DNA of 63,073 bases, the filler included, from Reclinomonas americana ATCC 50394 (taxonomy: Eukaryota), in assembly GCA_048213135.1 (NCBI GenBank). It is 5 parts of 3 records of this genome, joined end to end, with 100 filler letters (N's around TTAATTAATTAA, not from the genome) between each part and the next. Parts side by side here need not be neighbours in the genome. Positions count along the whole stretch, not along the records: positions 1 to 13,575 come from PS015420.1; 4 more parts are not named here. The stretch is one strand, 5' to 3'. The notes under the pieces were generated by a model. The model saw nothing but the letters and a program-made list of their open reading frames with translations, was not told where the DNA came from and ran no database searches. Below are positions 1 to 12,043 of the stretch, piece after piece; position 1 is the stretch's first letter; every line of letters begins with the position of its first letter. The translations under genes and the position numbers were made by a program.

Positions 1-196
1 GACGATCGCACAGCTTGTGTGTGTGCGAGAGAGAGAGAGAGAGAGACGTGCCTTGAAACATCTTGCCGAGGAGACTGTCGGCGTAGCGGCGGACGGTGGA
101 GAGAGTGACGGTGAAACGAGTTCCGCTCACATCCAACACCACTCGCTTATCAGCGGCGGTCTCCCGTGGTGACACACTGCTCTCCATCATCTCCAT
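1..196 (-). CDS. BTB/POZ (KCTD/T1-type) domain protein, first exon only; gene runs off the window
   Basis: Minus-strand translation from ATG 196 (or 187) gives MEMMESSVSPRETAADKRVVLDVSGTRFTVTLSTVRRYADSLLGKMFQ. This matches the KCTD-type BTB start VxLNVGGxxFxTxxxTLxxyPdSxLxxMF. A (CT)n/(CA)n intron-like tract follows. Confidence 0.8.
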   Translation of the reverse strand, partial: MEMMESSVSPRETAADKRVVLDVSGTRFTVTLSTVRRYADSLLGKMFQGTSLSLSLSHTHKLCDR

Positions 197-347
197 GTAG
201 GGAGGGAGGGAAGAGACGGATGGCGGTGTGCTCTCCGTCGTACGGCAGATAATAATGATCCGATGATTGAACTATTTCCGCACTCGGGCCCGCTGCGCTG
301 CTCACTTAACAAGCACGTTATTTCTTTCATTGCCCTATTCACGTCCA

Positions 348-3300
348 TCACCAATGCAGCAACGAGAAGTGCTGCGTGGTCCACTTCGGGAACACGCGCT
401 TGTACAGCGGCATGCACACCGTGTCGCTCGGTCGCAGAGGTGCATCAAAGACGCATTTCATGTAGCCGTGCGTGCCTGCAAACACAAAGAATGATCAGTA
501 CAAAGAGGGAGTGGCGGGTCACCATAGAGACAACGGGAGCCGCACCAACAGACTCGACAATGTTGCCGATACGACCGCTCTTTGTGTACAACTCCACCGG
601 TTTGAAATACTGCACGGTGCAATGGCGAGTCAGGAACCAGTACCTCGGTACAGCCAGCCATCTGCCGGCTACACATACCTTGACGTCCTCGGGGTTGAAG
701 AACATGTATCGTACGACAACGCGCTCGTTGCGGAACTTGACAGGGAAGCCGGTGAGAACGATGCGTTTGAGCACAATGCGGTCTGGATCCACATTCTTCA
801 GCGAGCCCGTGCCCACCAGTGTCACGGCACCTGCATGCGAGCACAGACGTGTGAGGCGATGCAAAGTGTGTGTGTGTGAGAGAGAGATGGGAGGTGAATA
901 AGCACGCACCACCCTCCAGCTCCTTGAACAGGAGCAGCGGGGCTGGCGGGTACGCGGTTGGCCCATAGATGGTGGCAATCGTCGGCCGCTTGTTGTGCAG
1001 GAAGCGCTCGTACTTGAACTTGTTGGCGTTGGCGGCGTCGAACGAGTACAGCGGCTGGATCAACAAATGAGAAACCAACAACATGATAAAGAACAGCAGA
1101 CACTGCCGCGATCGCACCTCGGCACGGAAGGTGCGGAAGCCGCAGTGGAAGAGCAGCGGCTCCTTGGAGCGAATCGGCGCCTCGTAGGTGGTGTGCTTGA
1201 GCACCGAGTAGTTCAGCACCGATGTCTTGTTCTCGTGTCTCGCCAGGCCGGCAACCATCAGCAGCGACTGTCCGTCGTACACCTCCGTGATAGAACTCTC
1301 CACGTTGTGAATGAGAAGACGCACGTATGTGCCGACCTGCACCGACACCATCCACAAAGTCAGAGAGAGAGAGAGAGAAAGAGAGCGAGAGAGAGATCCT
1401 CTCATGCGTGTGAGACGTACCGGCACACGTCCGTGTTGCACCTCCGCTTGCGCGGCCTTGGCGGTCTGCGCAAAGCGCTCATACTGGAACAGGCGGGCGT
1501 AGTCGAGCGGCAGACTCAACTTTGGATCCCACGGTGAGTGCCTCATCGACTTGACGGCGCAGTACTTGGCAAAGCGCGTCTGTGCCAACTGATCTTGCGG
1601 TGTATCCACCTCATCCGGCCAATCAATGTCGGCCGCCACTTCCGCATCCTCGTCCGCACGCGATCGGCCACGCTGTGCATGCAGGTCGGCATGTGAGCTA
1701 CACACGATGCACCAATAGTGACTGCTTCACACAAAACGACAAACCATGCGCTCTTTTTTCCTCCTGGCCATGGCCTCCACCGACTTGTCAGCAGCATCGT
1801 CCTCCTCCATGTCCTCCTCTCCATCAATGCCCTCCTCCTCCGTCTCGTAGCGCACACCCGAGCCACTGGCTCCTCCACGCGCCGCTGCCGCCTCCTGGAT
1901 CGCCTCTAACCGATCCATGTCCTCCTCTCCCGCACCCTCGTCCACACCCATGTCGGCCAGCAACTCGTCCTCGTCGTACTCGGAGCCTTCATCGTCGTCG
2001 TCGTCGTCGTCATCATCATCGTCATCATCGTCATCATCATCATCATCACCAAACTCTTCGTCGCTGGCGCCGTCCGCAAACTCGGGCAGCACATTGCCGT
2101 CGGCGTCCATCATCCACCGTGCCTGATACTCACTGGTGCCCTTGGGCAGGCGGAGCACACGCTTGCCTGCACTCGCCACCGATCGCGCACACGCGCTCTT
2201 GCCCGCAGCCGACGAGCCGACACCATCCGCCGCCATCAGCTCCTCCTCTGTCGGCCACGTCTGCTCACCGGTCAGCGGATCCGGGGTGATTTCACTGACC
2301 AAGGTGTCGCACTCCTCCGACGGAACGTCGAGCACCACACCCGCTTGCGGCTGCCGACGGTGTGATGCGTCAGTCGCGGAGCGCACATACACAAACAAAA
2401 ACAGGGGGTACAGACAGACGCACCGCGACCACCGCCGACTTGTGGCTCATTGGCACCGGCTCGACACCGAGCTCGATCTGCGGCAATCACACATACGCGT
2501 CAGCATCGCCAGACGGAAGCAGCGCGCGTCTGCGATAACGCACCCTCTCCAACTGGTACGTGCCGTAGTTGACCACCTGACACAGCAAATCGGCCGACAT
2601 GGGCGCTCCANNNNNNNNNNNNNNNNNNNNCGCACGTAGCCAGTGACCGCCAGCGTACCCACGCTCGGATTCACGCCATCGACAGCAAAGTCGACGCTAT
2701 CGGCGATAATGTAGGGCCGGCGATCGCGCCACGTGATGCGGCGCACTCGCACACTGCTGGCCCACCGGTACACCATGGCCATGTCCGACGGCTTCTCGAC
2801 AATCACCGCCCGCGGCATAATGTTGGGGAACTCCTGGGCGTAAAACTCAATGGCACCCTTGCGCAGCTCCGCACGTCGCTTCTGGTGATTCACCAGGTCG
2901 AGACCAGTGGCGATGCCAATGATCGCCGAAATACCCTGCGAACGGAGCGCCGAGATGCACAGCTCGCCAAACGAGTCGATGCCCTCCACCACATTGATCA
3001 CCAGCAGCAGCACATCGCACGCCTTGGCCGTGTCCAGCACCGACAGAATGTTGCGCGCGGCCGGCGCCAACAACGAGAAACGCTGCTTGTATTGCGGCAN
3101 NNNNNNNNNNNNNNNNNNNNNNNNNNNNNNNNNNNNNNNNNNNNNNNNNNNNNNNNNNNNNNNNNNNNNNNNNNNNNNNNNNNNNNNNNNNNNNNNNNNN
3201 NNNNNNNNNNNNNNNNNNNNNNNNNNNNNNNNNNNNNNNNNNNNNNNNNNNNNNNNNNNNNNNNNNNNNNNNNNNNNNNNNNNNNNNNNNNNNNNNNNNN

Positions 3301-4125
3301 NNNNNNNNNNNNNNNNNNNNNNNNNNNNNNNNNNNNNNNNNNNNNNNNNNNNNNNNNNNNNNNNNNNNNNNNNNNNNNNNNNNNNNNNNNNNNNNNNNNN
3401 NNNNNNNNNNNNNNNNNNNNNNNNNNNNNNNNNNNNNNNNNNNNNNNNNNNNNNNNNNNNNNNNNNNNNNNNNNNNNNNNNNNNNNNNNNNNNNNNNNNN
3501 NNTGCTGCGATTTGATGTGTTTGAGCATGCATGCACCGACAAGCGGGAGCATAGGGTGTACGCAACACAAAAGTGTGCACGCCGCATCGACTCTCACACG
3601 CAGACTGATCCGCGGCGGCCAACAACTGCTGCAACACCTCGTGCGGATCGGCCGACGAGCTCAACGAGATCACACCCTGAGAGCTCGTTTGTGTCAGCAT
3701 TCCCTCCGCACACACACACAGCACGAGAGAGACAGGAAGCACCATTGACTTGGGTGGTCCGTCACTTGTGCCTGCACGCCGCGCCTCCACAAACTCCGCC
3801 TTCTTCTTCTCTCGTCGCACACGACTCTGATTGCGACGCTCCTCCTTGCTCATCGACGACGTCGACGCATTCTTCAACGAGCGCAGATTGGTTGTCGGAG
3901 TCACACGCTTCTCCACACGACCTCCGGTCTTCTCTGTGCACACGCGCGCACACAACAAGTGTGAGTGGGTGCGTCTGTGCATGTGAATGTGCACATGGCC
4001 GAAAACAGCCGCCCACACACGAAACTAAGCTTCACCGGATCGCCGCCACCGGCCGCGCGTCGTCGTCGCAGCTTGTCCGACGCAGAGCCCTTGAACGGGC
4101 GGTTCTTCTGGCGCCCTCCCGACAT
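348..4125 (-). CDS. TSR1: Pre-rRNA-processing protein TSR1 (Bms1/Tsr1 family), multi-exon
   Basis: Exon translations include [62 protein letters not shown]...[22 protein letters not shown] and [16 protein letters not shown]...[12 protein letters not shown]. The C-terminus is [11 protein letters not shown]...LYKRVFPKW, with TGA at 350-348. Confidence 0.96.
1991..2047. repeat. (GAY)n trinucleotide tract encoding poly-Asp in the TSR1 acidic region
   Basis: tcg/tca repeat on the + strand, read as a run of Asp on the - strand. Confidence 0.9.
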
Positions 4126-4493
4126 TGTTGAGAAAAAGAAAGTGTAGGACAAGTGTCGACGTTGTGGCGTCGAGGCAGGAGGAGTAAGCAGAGCTCGTTC
4201 TGTTTCACAAGTACATGATGTAAGCGGTTGGTCAGAGAGATCCGAGGCAGAACAGCGTGCAGCAGCAAGTCTGCGGAGAATAACGAGGGAATTTGACAGC
4301 GTTTTCTTGCGCGCGCGATCGAGCTCTGGAGGGCGCGAGTCGAACCATTCCGCACCTCATTCTGCTGCCCCGCGCGTGCACTACACAAGGCTATGACTCA
4401 GATGCGAAAGACAAGTGGGCGTGAGCTTGTGGGACGTCGACGTCCACTCATTTTTCCTCCGTCTGTCCGTCGTCATATCAATCGAGCACAAGA
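4126..4493. promoter_or_regulatory. Divergent (bidirectional) promoter region between TSR1 and KTI12
   Basis: 368 bp lie between the head-to-head start codons. The region contains TTTTCTTGCGCGCGCGATC at 4302-4320. Confidence 0.55.
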
Positions 4494-6095
4494 ATGCCAC
4501 TGATTGTGTTTGTGGGCATTCCATGCGCAGGCAAGACACGTCGCGCAGAGACACTAGCAGCCTTTCTGCGAGAGAAGCACAGCAGCAGCATTGGTGGAGG
4601 AGGTTCTTCTGACAGTCTCTCTTCTCTCTCTCTCACGCACGCACTGATCTGTGTTGTGCAGGTGACATCGAGGGAGAGGGCAGCAGTCAGCCAACCTCCG
4701 AAAAGTATGTGTGTGTAATCAACGAAGAATCGCTGCTGTTGCGCCGCAATGAGGCATACGCAGGTGCTTTATGATCGCACTCTCTCTCTCTCTGTCTTGT
4801 CATCAGTCTCATGGGTGTGTATGTGAGAGAGTAGAACCAATGTTGGAGAAGGAGACGCGAGGGAAGATCAAGTCTGCAGTGGAAAAGTGCTTGACTCGGG
4901 AGTGCATGGTGATTGTGGACTCGTTGAACTATATCAAGGGCTATCGGTATGAGTTGTACTGTGTGGCGCGCGAGGTCGGGACGCCTTGTTTGACGGTGAG
5001 GGGTGAGGGGGAGGGAGGAGAGGGAGGAGAGGGGGGAGAAGGATGAGAAGGAGGAGAAAGCACAATGGCGAGAAGAAGAGGAAAGAAGGGATAAGAAGGG
5101 GGCGAAGGAGGAGACAACGAAGAAGAAGAAGAAGAAATAGGAGACGCAGGAGAAGGATGGAGAGGAAAGTAGAGGAAGAAGCAATCGCGATTGCTTTCAG
5201 CCTTGGTTTCTCTTCATCTCTCTTCTTCCTCTGCATGCTGACCTTTACCTCTTTCCTCCTCATCCTGTTCTTCTTCATCATCTCCCTTCTTCTTCTCCTC
5301 CTCCTGCTCCTCCTCCTCTTCTTCTTCTTCTTCTCCTCCTCCTCCTCCTCCTTCTTCTTCTCCTCCTCCTCCTCCTCCTCCTTCTTCTTCTTCTCCTCCT
5401 CCTCCTCATCCTCTTCTTCTTTTTCGTCTCCTTCTCCTCCTCCTCCTTCACGAATCCACTCACATGAATCTCTGATCAGGTATTCTGCGACACGCCAGTG
5501 GAGGTGGCGCGCGAGTGGAACATGGAGAGAAGAGCACACGATCCACCATGCGACTCGTTCTCCGACGAGCTGTTCGAGGACTATGCGGGGCGCATGGAGG
5601 TGCCGGTGGATTCGCGACGGTGGGAGAGCCCGCTGTTTACGGTGACGCCCGACGACGAGACACCGTTGCAGTTGATTTACGAGGCTGCTGTGCCTCCAGC
5701 CGACAAGGTCAAGCACTCCAAGCGCAGCTTGTCGACCAAGCCAACACCGCTCTCCGACACCAACTTTCGTCACGAGCTGGATCGGGCCACCACGGCCATT
5801 GTCAATGCGGTGGCGGCGGCGCAGGATCAGGGCAGTCTGCCGGGTGAATATGTTGTTGTTCCCGGAGCCACCGAGCGGGTCTGTCCACACACACTCGTCG
5901 CTGACTCGTATCCGCACGTGAGCTTGACTCCCTCTTTCCCTCCCGTAGGTACGACTTGGTGCGCCCGTGACGGTGGCGCATCTGCGACGACTGCGAGGCC
6001 AATTCATCAACCTGGCACAAATCAAGTCGCTCGATTCCACCGACAGTCTCGGTGACGCTTTTGTCGGCTACCTGAACGCACAGCTCGTACTGTAG
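4494..6095 (+). CDS. KTI12: KTI12 homolog (Elongator-associated P-loop protein), multi-exon
   Basis: P-loop MPLIVFVGIPCAGKTRRA, then EKETRGKIKSAVE...VIVDSLNYIKGYRYELYC, RMEVPVDSRRWESPLF and TNFRHELDRAT. It ends LRRLRGQFI...FVGYLNAQLVL with TAG at 6093-6095. Confidence 0.95.
4996..5479 (+). repeat. Low-complexity KTI12 intron: purine-rich half, central 18-bp palindrome, pyrimidine-rich half
   Basis: GA-rich ~4998-5180, perfect palindrome AAGCAATCGCGATTGCTT at 5179-5196, CT-rich ~5200-5450. Confidence 0.85.
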
Positions 6096-6137
6096 AGTGG
6101 AGCAGCAGCAGCAGCAGCAGCATAATAGACGCGGAAT

Positions 6138-7159
6138 TCATAGTTTTGCTTGCAAACCTCCCGTCGAGGATGGTGGCGGAGGTTGTGGTCTCTTCTCCTC
6201 CGCTTCTTCGTCCTCCACCGGTGGTGGTCTCGGATGCTGGTCCCACACCGATTCCTTGATACCCTGCGGAGGGAGCGTTGAGGGTGTTCGTACATATGAG
6301 GAAGTGCAGGAGCGCACACACGCAACTTGCGGCAGCGACATTGCGATCGACAACAGCGTGCCTGCATCGACCGCCGACAGGTTCTCCAAGGCCAGCACCG
6401 GCACGCCAAAGACGCGTATTCTGGCCAGGCTCGACTGCCCCGACTGTCGATTGCCGGCGAGGATGCGAACGCGCACCACACGCGTGGGTCCGAGCGACTT
6501 GTCCGAGAGGTTCAGCTCAAAGGGCACACACTGCATGCGCGCATGTCAGGCCACGCCACACACACACACGCATTCATGTGGGGTGCGCACCGGCTGCACG
6601 TTCTGCGCCACTTGCAGCACAATCCACTTGGTGCCGTCCTCGCTGCGCAGCGAAATGTCGAGCTCGTACGGCGCATGCTGTGCCGGAGCCACCACCTCTA
6701 TTCTTCGCACGTGCACCAGAAAGCGCAGACGGACCTGTACATACAATGCTTAACACACATACACACACGCGCACACAAGGCAGGCGAGGCAGCGAGACCT
6801 GCAATGAGATCGGGTACTCTGGCGAGGCCGACGACAACCAGAAGTCTTTGAGGCCGTATCGCAACACGTTTTCCAGCGGATGCCCCGGGTGTGTGCGAGT
6901 GGAGGCACCCACAATGGTGGCCCCTGCTGACTCGTGTGCAAAGTCAAACACGCGATCCTGCAGTTGCTCTGTGTGCATGCATGCATGCATGCGAGTGAGT
7001 GAGTGAGCGAGAGAGTGATTCTTCCGCCACTGAGATGCGCACCGATGATCTTGTCGGTGACACTGCGACCGAAGAAGCTCGCGAGTGCGGTCTGCGCGGT
7101 CACTGTCAGTGTGTGCACGCGGGGTCGATGTGAGGGCGACCATGTGCGCTCACCAGCAT
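6138..7159 (-). CDS. Galactose-binding-like (discoidin/IFT25-HSPB11-like) domain protein with C-terminal AKL; start codon uncertain
   Basis: Spliced translation DFAHESAGATIVGASTRTHPGHPLENVLRYGLKDFWLSS...VRLRFLVHVRRIEVV...TRVVRVRILAGNRQSGQSSLARIRVFG fits a jelly-roll galactose-binding-like pattern. It ends GGLQAKL-TGA. Confidence 0.6.
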
Positions 7160-7387
7160 CTTTTGTAACGAAATGCCGGATTTCTCGTCCTGCCCGTCGG
7201 CGATCCTGTCATTGTGATTGATCTTGTGATTGCTGTTGCAGAATATAGCAGAGTGTGTACATTTTGTGGTGCCAAGCAGTCGGCGACAGAGAAAGAAAGA
7301 GGAGGAGGTGCAAAAGGAAAGAAAAGGAGGCAAAATCAATGAAGGAGAGCGACAATTAACGCCGGAACGAGCGTCGCTCGTCTTCCG

Positions 7388-10300
7388 TCAGCGAACTGCA
7401 ATGGAGAGCGGGTCAGTGCCTGCAGGGGCGAGAGAGAGCGTCTGCGCGAGCGATTGTCGCAACTTTTGCCGTGTACCAGTGACCGAGCGCAGGGGAGACG
7501 TGCTGCGCAGCGGTGTGGTGACGTAGGGATTCACTTCCGCATCCTCCTTCAGCGCACGGCTGCTCTCCGACTCGTACGAGAACGAATGCGCTCTCTGCAC
7601 ACGTATACAACCACAAAGGTCACCACCATCAGCACCGCATAGAGGAAAAGAACCGCAATGAAAAAACGAACCCGCGAGCCCGCAAGATCGTCAGCAAAGC
7701 GCACCGAGGTACCGTACTTGATGGGTGTCACCGGCTGCGCGCCACCGTCACCACGACGCGATGACGCGAGTGACTGAGGTACAGCATGATCGCCATCCAT
7801 GGCCGCCGCCGCAGCAGCAGCAGCCGCACTCACACCCCGCGATGATGACGACGACGACGAAGCGTAGTGCGACCGATACACGGAGGACGCCGATGACGAT
7901 GACATGTAGCCACCGGAGGAGACTGGTGGCACTGGTGGCGGCGGCGGTGGTGGCGGCACTGGCAGTTCGTCTGTGGAGAACGCCTCCTCGGCGTACGATG
8001 TGGGGCGCACCGCAGAGAACGCTGTCGACTCGTACGGCCGTCGCTCGGCCAGACGCTGCGGCGGTGAGTACGGATGGTACGGGCGGTGGGTGGGCGAGTG
8101 GTCGGCCGAGCGCGAGCCGTGGTTTCGCGACGAGCCGCTACCAGCAGTGGGCGATGGTGATCGACTCCGGCGCGCATTGGCCAGCGACGAGAAGCCGCTG
8201 CTCAACACCTTGCTGTGGTCGGCCGCAGATGCGCGCATCGGTGGTGACGGTGATCGTGGTCTGTCGCGTCGGCTATTTGGTGTAATCGGATGCCGTCCTG
8301 GGTAGGCAGAGATCGGTGGAGCAGCAGCCGACGCCGCAGCGCTGGCCTCCGACGCCAACTCCAGGCGCGAGCGCAGGTACGCCGAGTATGGCGAACTGTG
8401 CGGGCGGCTCGGTGGCGAGAAGTGGCGAACCAGCTGCGCATGCACACACACACATGAGTGTTGGCGGCACGAAGCGCAAGCACATAATCACGCAGACGTA
8501 CCGGGAAATCGTGACCATCACGCACGGGCGAGAGGCGGCGAACCTCGCCCTTCAGAATGTCGACTTCGCGAGACATGTCACGCACGGTCTCCTTCAAGTT
8601 GGCATTCTCGTGCTCCAACAACTCAGTGGAATCCATCTCACGCTTGACGGGGAACAGGGTCTGTGCTGTCCGTGTCGATCCGCTGTGCGATAGCGCATCC
8701 GACAGACTCCGATCAAAGCCGAGCGACTGCCGCGCCACAACACAACATCAGGATGTGACCTCTCTCGTTCTCTTGCTGGCATTTATGGAGTAGCACGCAC
8801 CGAAGAACTGCTGAGACCGTACGTGAAGCGATCACGCAGCGGTGTGGTGGCGCGAGCGGCAGAGAGCGGTGGAGCGACCGACACGGGCGCGCGAGAGGTA
8901 ACGCGGCTCGTGCTCATCTGCATACACGAGGATGAGACGTTGGGCAACAGCACCGACTGCAAAAATCAATGCGTGCGCACCCTCAAATCATCGAGGCGAC
9001 GTGACACATCCTCCGACTGGCGCAGGCGATCGTTCTCAGCCTCCAGCGCCCGGATTCGCGCATTCAGCAGATCCACTTCCTCGGCCATCTGACGCACGCG
9101 TGACATGTTGTGCACATTCTCGCTGTTCGTGTGCTTCGTCTCCGCCTGCGTGAGAGAGTCAACGAGATGGTGAGATGAAGTGGAACACGATGAGCCTCCA
9201 AAAGCACTCAACTTCACGCTCGGCACGCAGCAGCACGACGCGATGCTCAGCGTCCGACAAATCGCGCTCCAGTCGCTGCTGCGTCTCACGCAGAGCGTGG
9301 TTCTCCTTGACCAGGCGATGCCTATCACGAACATGAAGACGTTCAGGTAAGAGATTTCACCGACGCCTCGACAATGTGCGTGCACGAAACTTGTCGTCGT
9401 CGTCCATCAGATGGTTCTGTTCGAGAAGCGAATTGTGGCGTGCCAAGTTGGCCAGCTCACTCTCCAGTGCGCGAATCCGTGCATGCTTCTCTGCATTGTC
9501 ATCCTTCAACAGACTCAGTTCCTTGGCGGTGGCCAGACGGTCGCTGCGTTCCATCTCGACTGCACGGCGGAGTCCCTCAATGGTACGCTCGCAGTCCTCC
9601 TTGGCGCGCAGCAGCGACTGGCGCATCTCCTCCTTGGACTGCGTCGACTGTGTGGCGTCGTCCTCGTACGCCTTTAGCTGTCGATGCAGTGCGCGCAGTT
9701 GCTCGTGCAGATCAGTTCGTTCGCGAATGAGTGCGCCGACCTCTGAGCGGCCCTCACGCTGCGCAGCAAGGTGAGCATTCCCCCCCGCACATAGGCGTGA
9801 TGATGCAAGCAACCAAGAGTGACAAACCGCCCGATCATCGGCATCACGCTCCACCTTTTGCAGCATCAGCGACTGCTGCTCGTCACGCTCCTCGTACTCG
9901 GCCAGTCGGCGTTGCAACCGGCTGACTTCATCACTGCACGAGACAAAGTGAGCAACGCCAAAACACAAAACAAGGAATACATAACAAGACAGCGACTGGC
10001 GCACCGCAACAACACAGTCTCGCGCTCCACGCGACGCTCTGCGTCCGCCACCGTTTGCGCCTGCAACACCAACAAATCACTCAGCCATGAATAGTCCATT
10101 TGCCAGAACCCCGCTGCCAACAACGCACCGCCAGATCCGATTCCTGAGCGGCGCTGCGCAGCAGGGTCACACTTTCGGCGCGCTGCTCGGCCAGCTCCTG
10201 TCGCAAGCCGTCGATCTCGTCGCCCAGACGCGCGTTTTCAACACGCATACGATCCAACGCATCCGACGGCGGATCGGAGAGACGCGCCGCTCGTGCCTCT

Positions 10301-11693
10301 CCTCGCAGCTCCACATTCTCTCGCATCACGGCATCGATCTCCGCATCCTTCTCCGCCAGTCGGCGGTTCAGGTCGCGAATCTGCTGCACCGACGACTCCT
10401 TCAGATCGTCCAATCGCTGCGACAAGAGCAAACGATCGGCCTCCAACTCGGCCACACGATCGTCCGCTCCGTGCCTCGCCCCATCCTCCAGCACAGCAAT
10501 CTGGCCCTCCAGCATGGCGACGCTGTCGCGGGAGAGAAGGTGGAGAAGTGAGTGGGAAAGGAGGGGAAGGAGAGAGAGATAGAAAGAAAAAGAAGAGGCG
10601 ACATTCTGCATGCTCCTGTCTGCCATCCTCACCGATGCCGCATCTCGTCACGCTCCAATCGCAAATCATCAATCTCCCGCTGATACAAGCGCATACGCTG
10701 CTCCAGCTCCTGCGACGCCTGCAAACGCGACGCCAACGCACTCATCTCCTGCTCCAAGAACACATTTCGACTGCGCTGGTAGCTCAACACCCGCTCCAGT
10801 TCCTCCACCGTTCGCTCCTGCACACAAACACAACCAGTCACCACGCGTGTGCATCCACATCACAACCGCAGCGACAGTGCACGAAACCAGCGGAGCAGCG
10901 GCAGACGCAGCAGCGGCCGCAGATGGATCTGTATCCGACGGCTGCGGTGGCCACTGTCGCGTCACAGAAGTTGCTGACTCGCCCGCTCGACTGCGCGTAC
11001 ATTGTCAGGCATCCACCAAGCACACGCGCACACGGAAAGCGTCTCTCTCGTTCACGTTGCGCGCGAAAGAACATGCAAAGTCGCACGAACCTGTTGTGAG
11101 GAATCGCCGCTGCCTGTTCGCTATCGGTCGCCGACGATCGCGCGCGCTGCGGCTGTTGCTGCTGCTGCTGCTCGCTCTCCGACGACATGGTGGTGAATCT
11201 GTCGCGCACAAGACATGCATGAAAAAAACGCACGCACGCGCACACATGGGCGACGAATACGACAACACACACACAAACGCGCGTACCACGAGAAAAAACG
11301 CGAACGAGAGAGAAAGACACGCGTGTGTGGCTACGTGTCTACTGACTGTTACACCGATCAAACGGAAGAACAGCACAGAGCGCGCGGAAAGTCACAGAGA
11401 GAGAAGAGGAGGGGGAAATGGCGGCGACCACACACGCGCGCTCGATCGCTCACGCCCGCGTTCGGTGCACGCACATCAAAGAAAGAGAGACAACGACAAG
11501 AGTGCAGACGATACACACGCAGAGGCACACGCACACACACGCATTGCAGAGCACAAGGAGGGCGGACATTGTCACTCTTGCACGCAATGCACTCTCTCTT
11601 TTTCATGCAGCAGCTGCTTGCGTACCGCAGAATGGACTCGCGACGTGCAGCCTCACGTTCGCCAGGGAACATCTCCTCGTCATTCGCGGCCAT
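7388..11693 (-). CDS. Hypothetical coiled-coil protein with Ser/Pro-rich C-terminal tail, multi-exon
   Basis: A chain of GT-AG-bounded exons encodes heptad-rich E/R/L segments (ERTVEELERVLSYQRSRNVFLEQEM, RIRALESELANL, LEHENANLKETVRDMSREVDILK). Low-complexity S/P/R exons follow. ATG is at 11693, or alternatively 11188. Confidence 0.7.
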
Positions 11694-11775
11694 TTTAGAG
11701 GAAACACGCGATCTGTCGATCCGTCAAGCAGTGAAAGTTGGGTGCTTCTGTGTGATCGTGAGTGAGCGCATACAC

Positions 11776-11779
<4 letters not shown>

Positions 11780-11833
<54 letters not shown>

Positions 11834-11863
11834 CGCGACGAGGAGTAGAGAGAGAGAGAGAGA
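11780..11863. repeat. (GA)n microsatellite, followed by a (GT)-rich tract, in the divergent intergenic region
   Basis: Long gagaga run visible directly. Confidence 0.9.
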
Positions 11864-12043
11864 GAAACTGAAAAGGCAATCGTGTGTTTGTGTTTGCGTT
11901 GTCATCAAAGTGACTCTGTTGTCTCTCTTCTTGTTCTTTACACAGCTGTGTTTGTGTGTGTGTTTATGTGTGTGTGGTGTTTGTGGTGTTCCTCACTTCT
12001 TTGTTTGTGTGTGTTTTCGCAGTTGTTATTTTGACTGGGAACT

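Noticed and set aside
4934..5645. Long poly-E/K/R/S ORFs on both strands
   Set aside because: These are translations of the low-complexity KTI12 intron, not genes.
11091..11693. Two alternative first exons for the coiled-coil gene (ATG 11693 and ATG 11188)
   Set aside because: An AG acceptor 10 nt upstream of ATG 11188 lets the first exon splice in frame to the second, so ordinary consecutive exons explain it.
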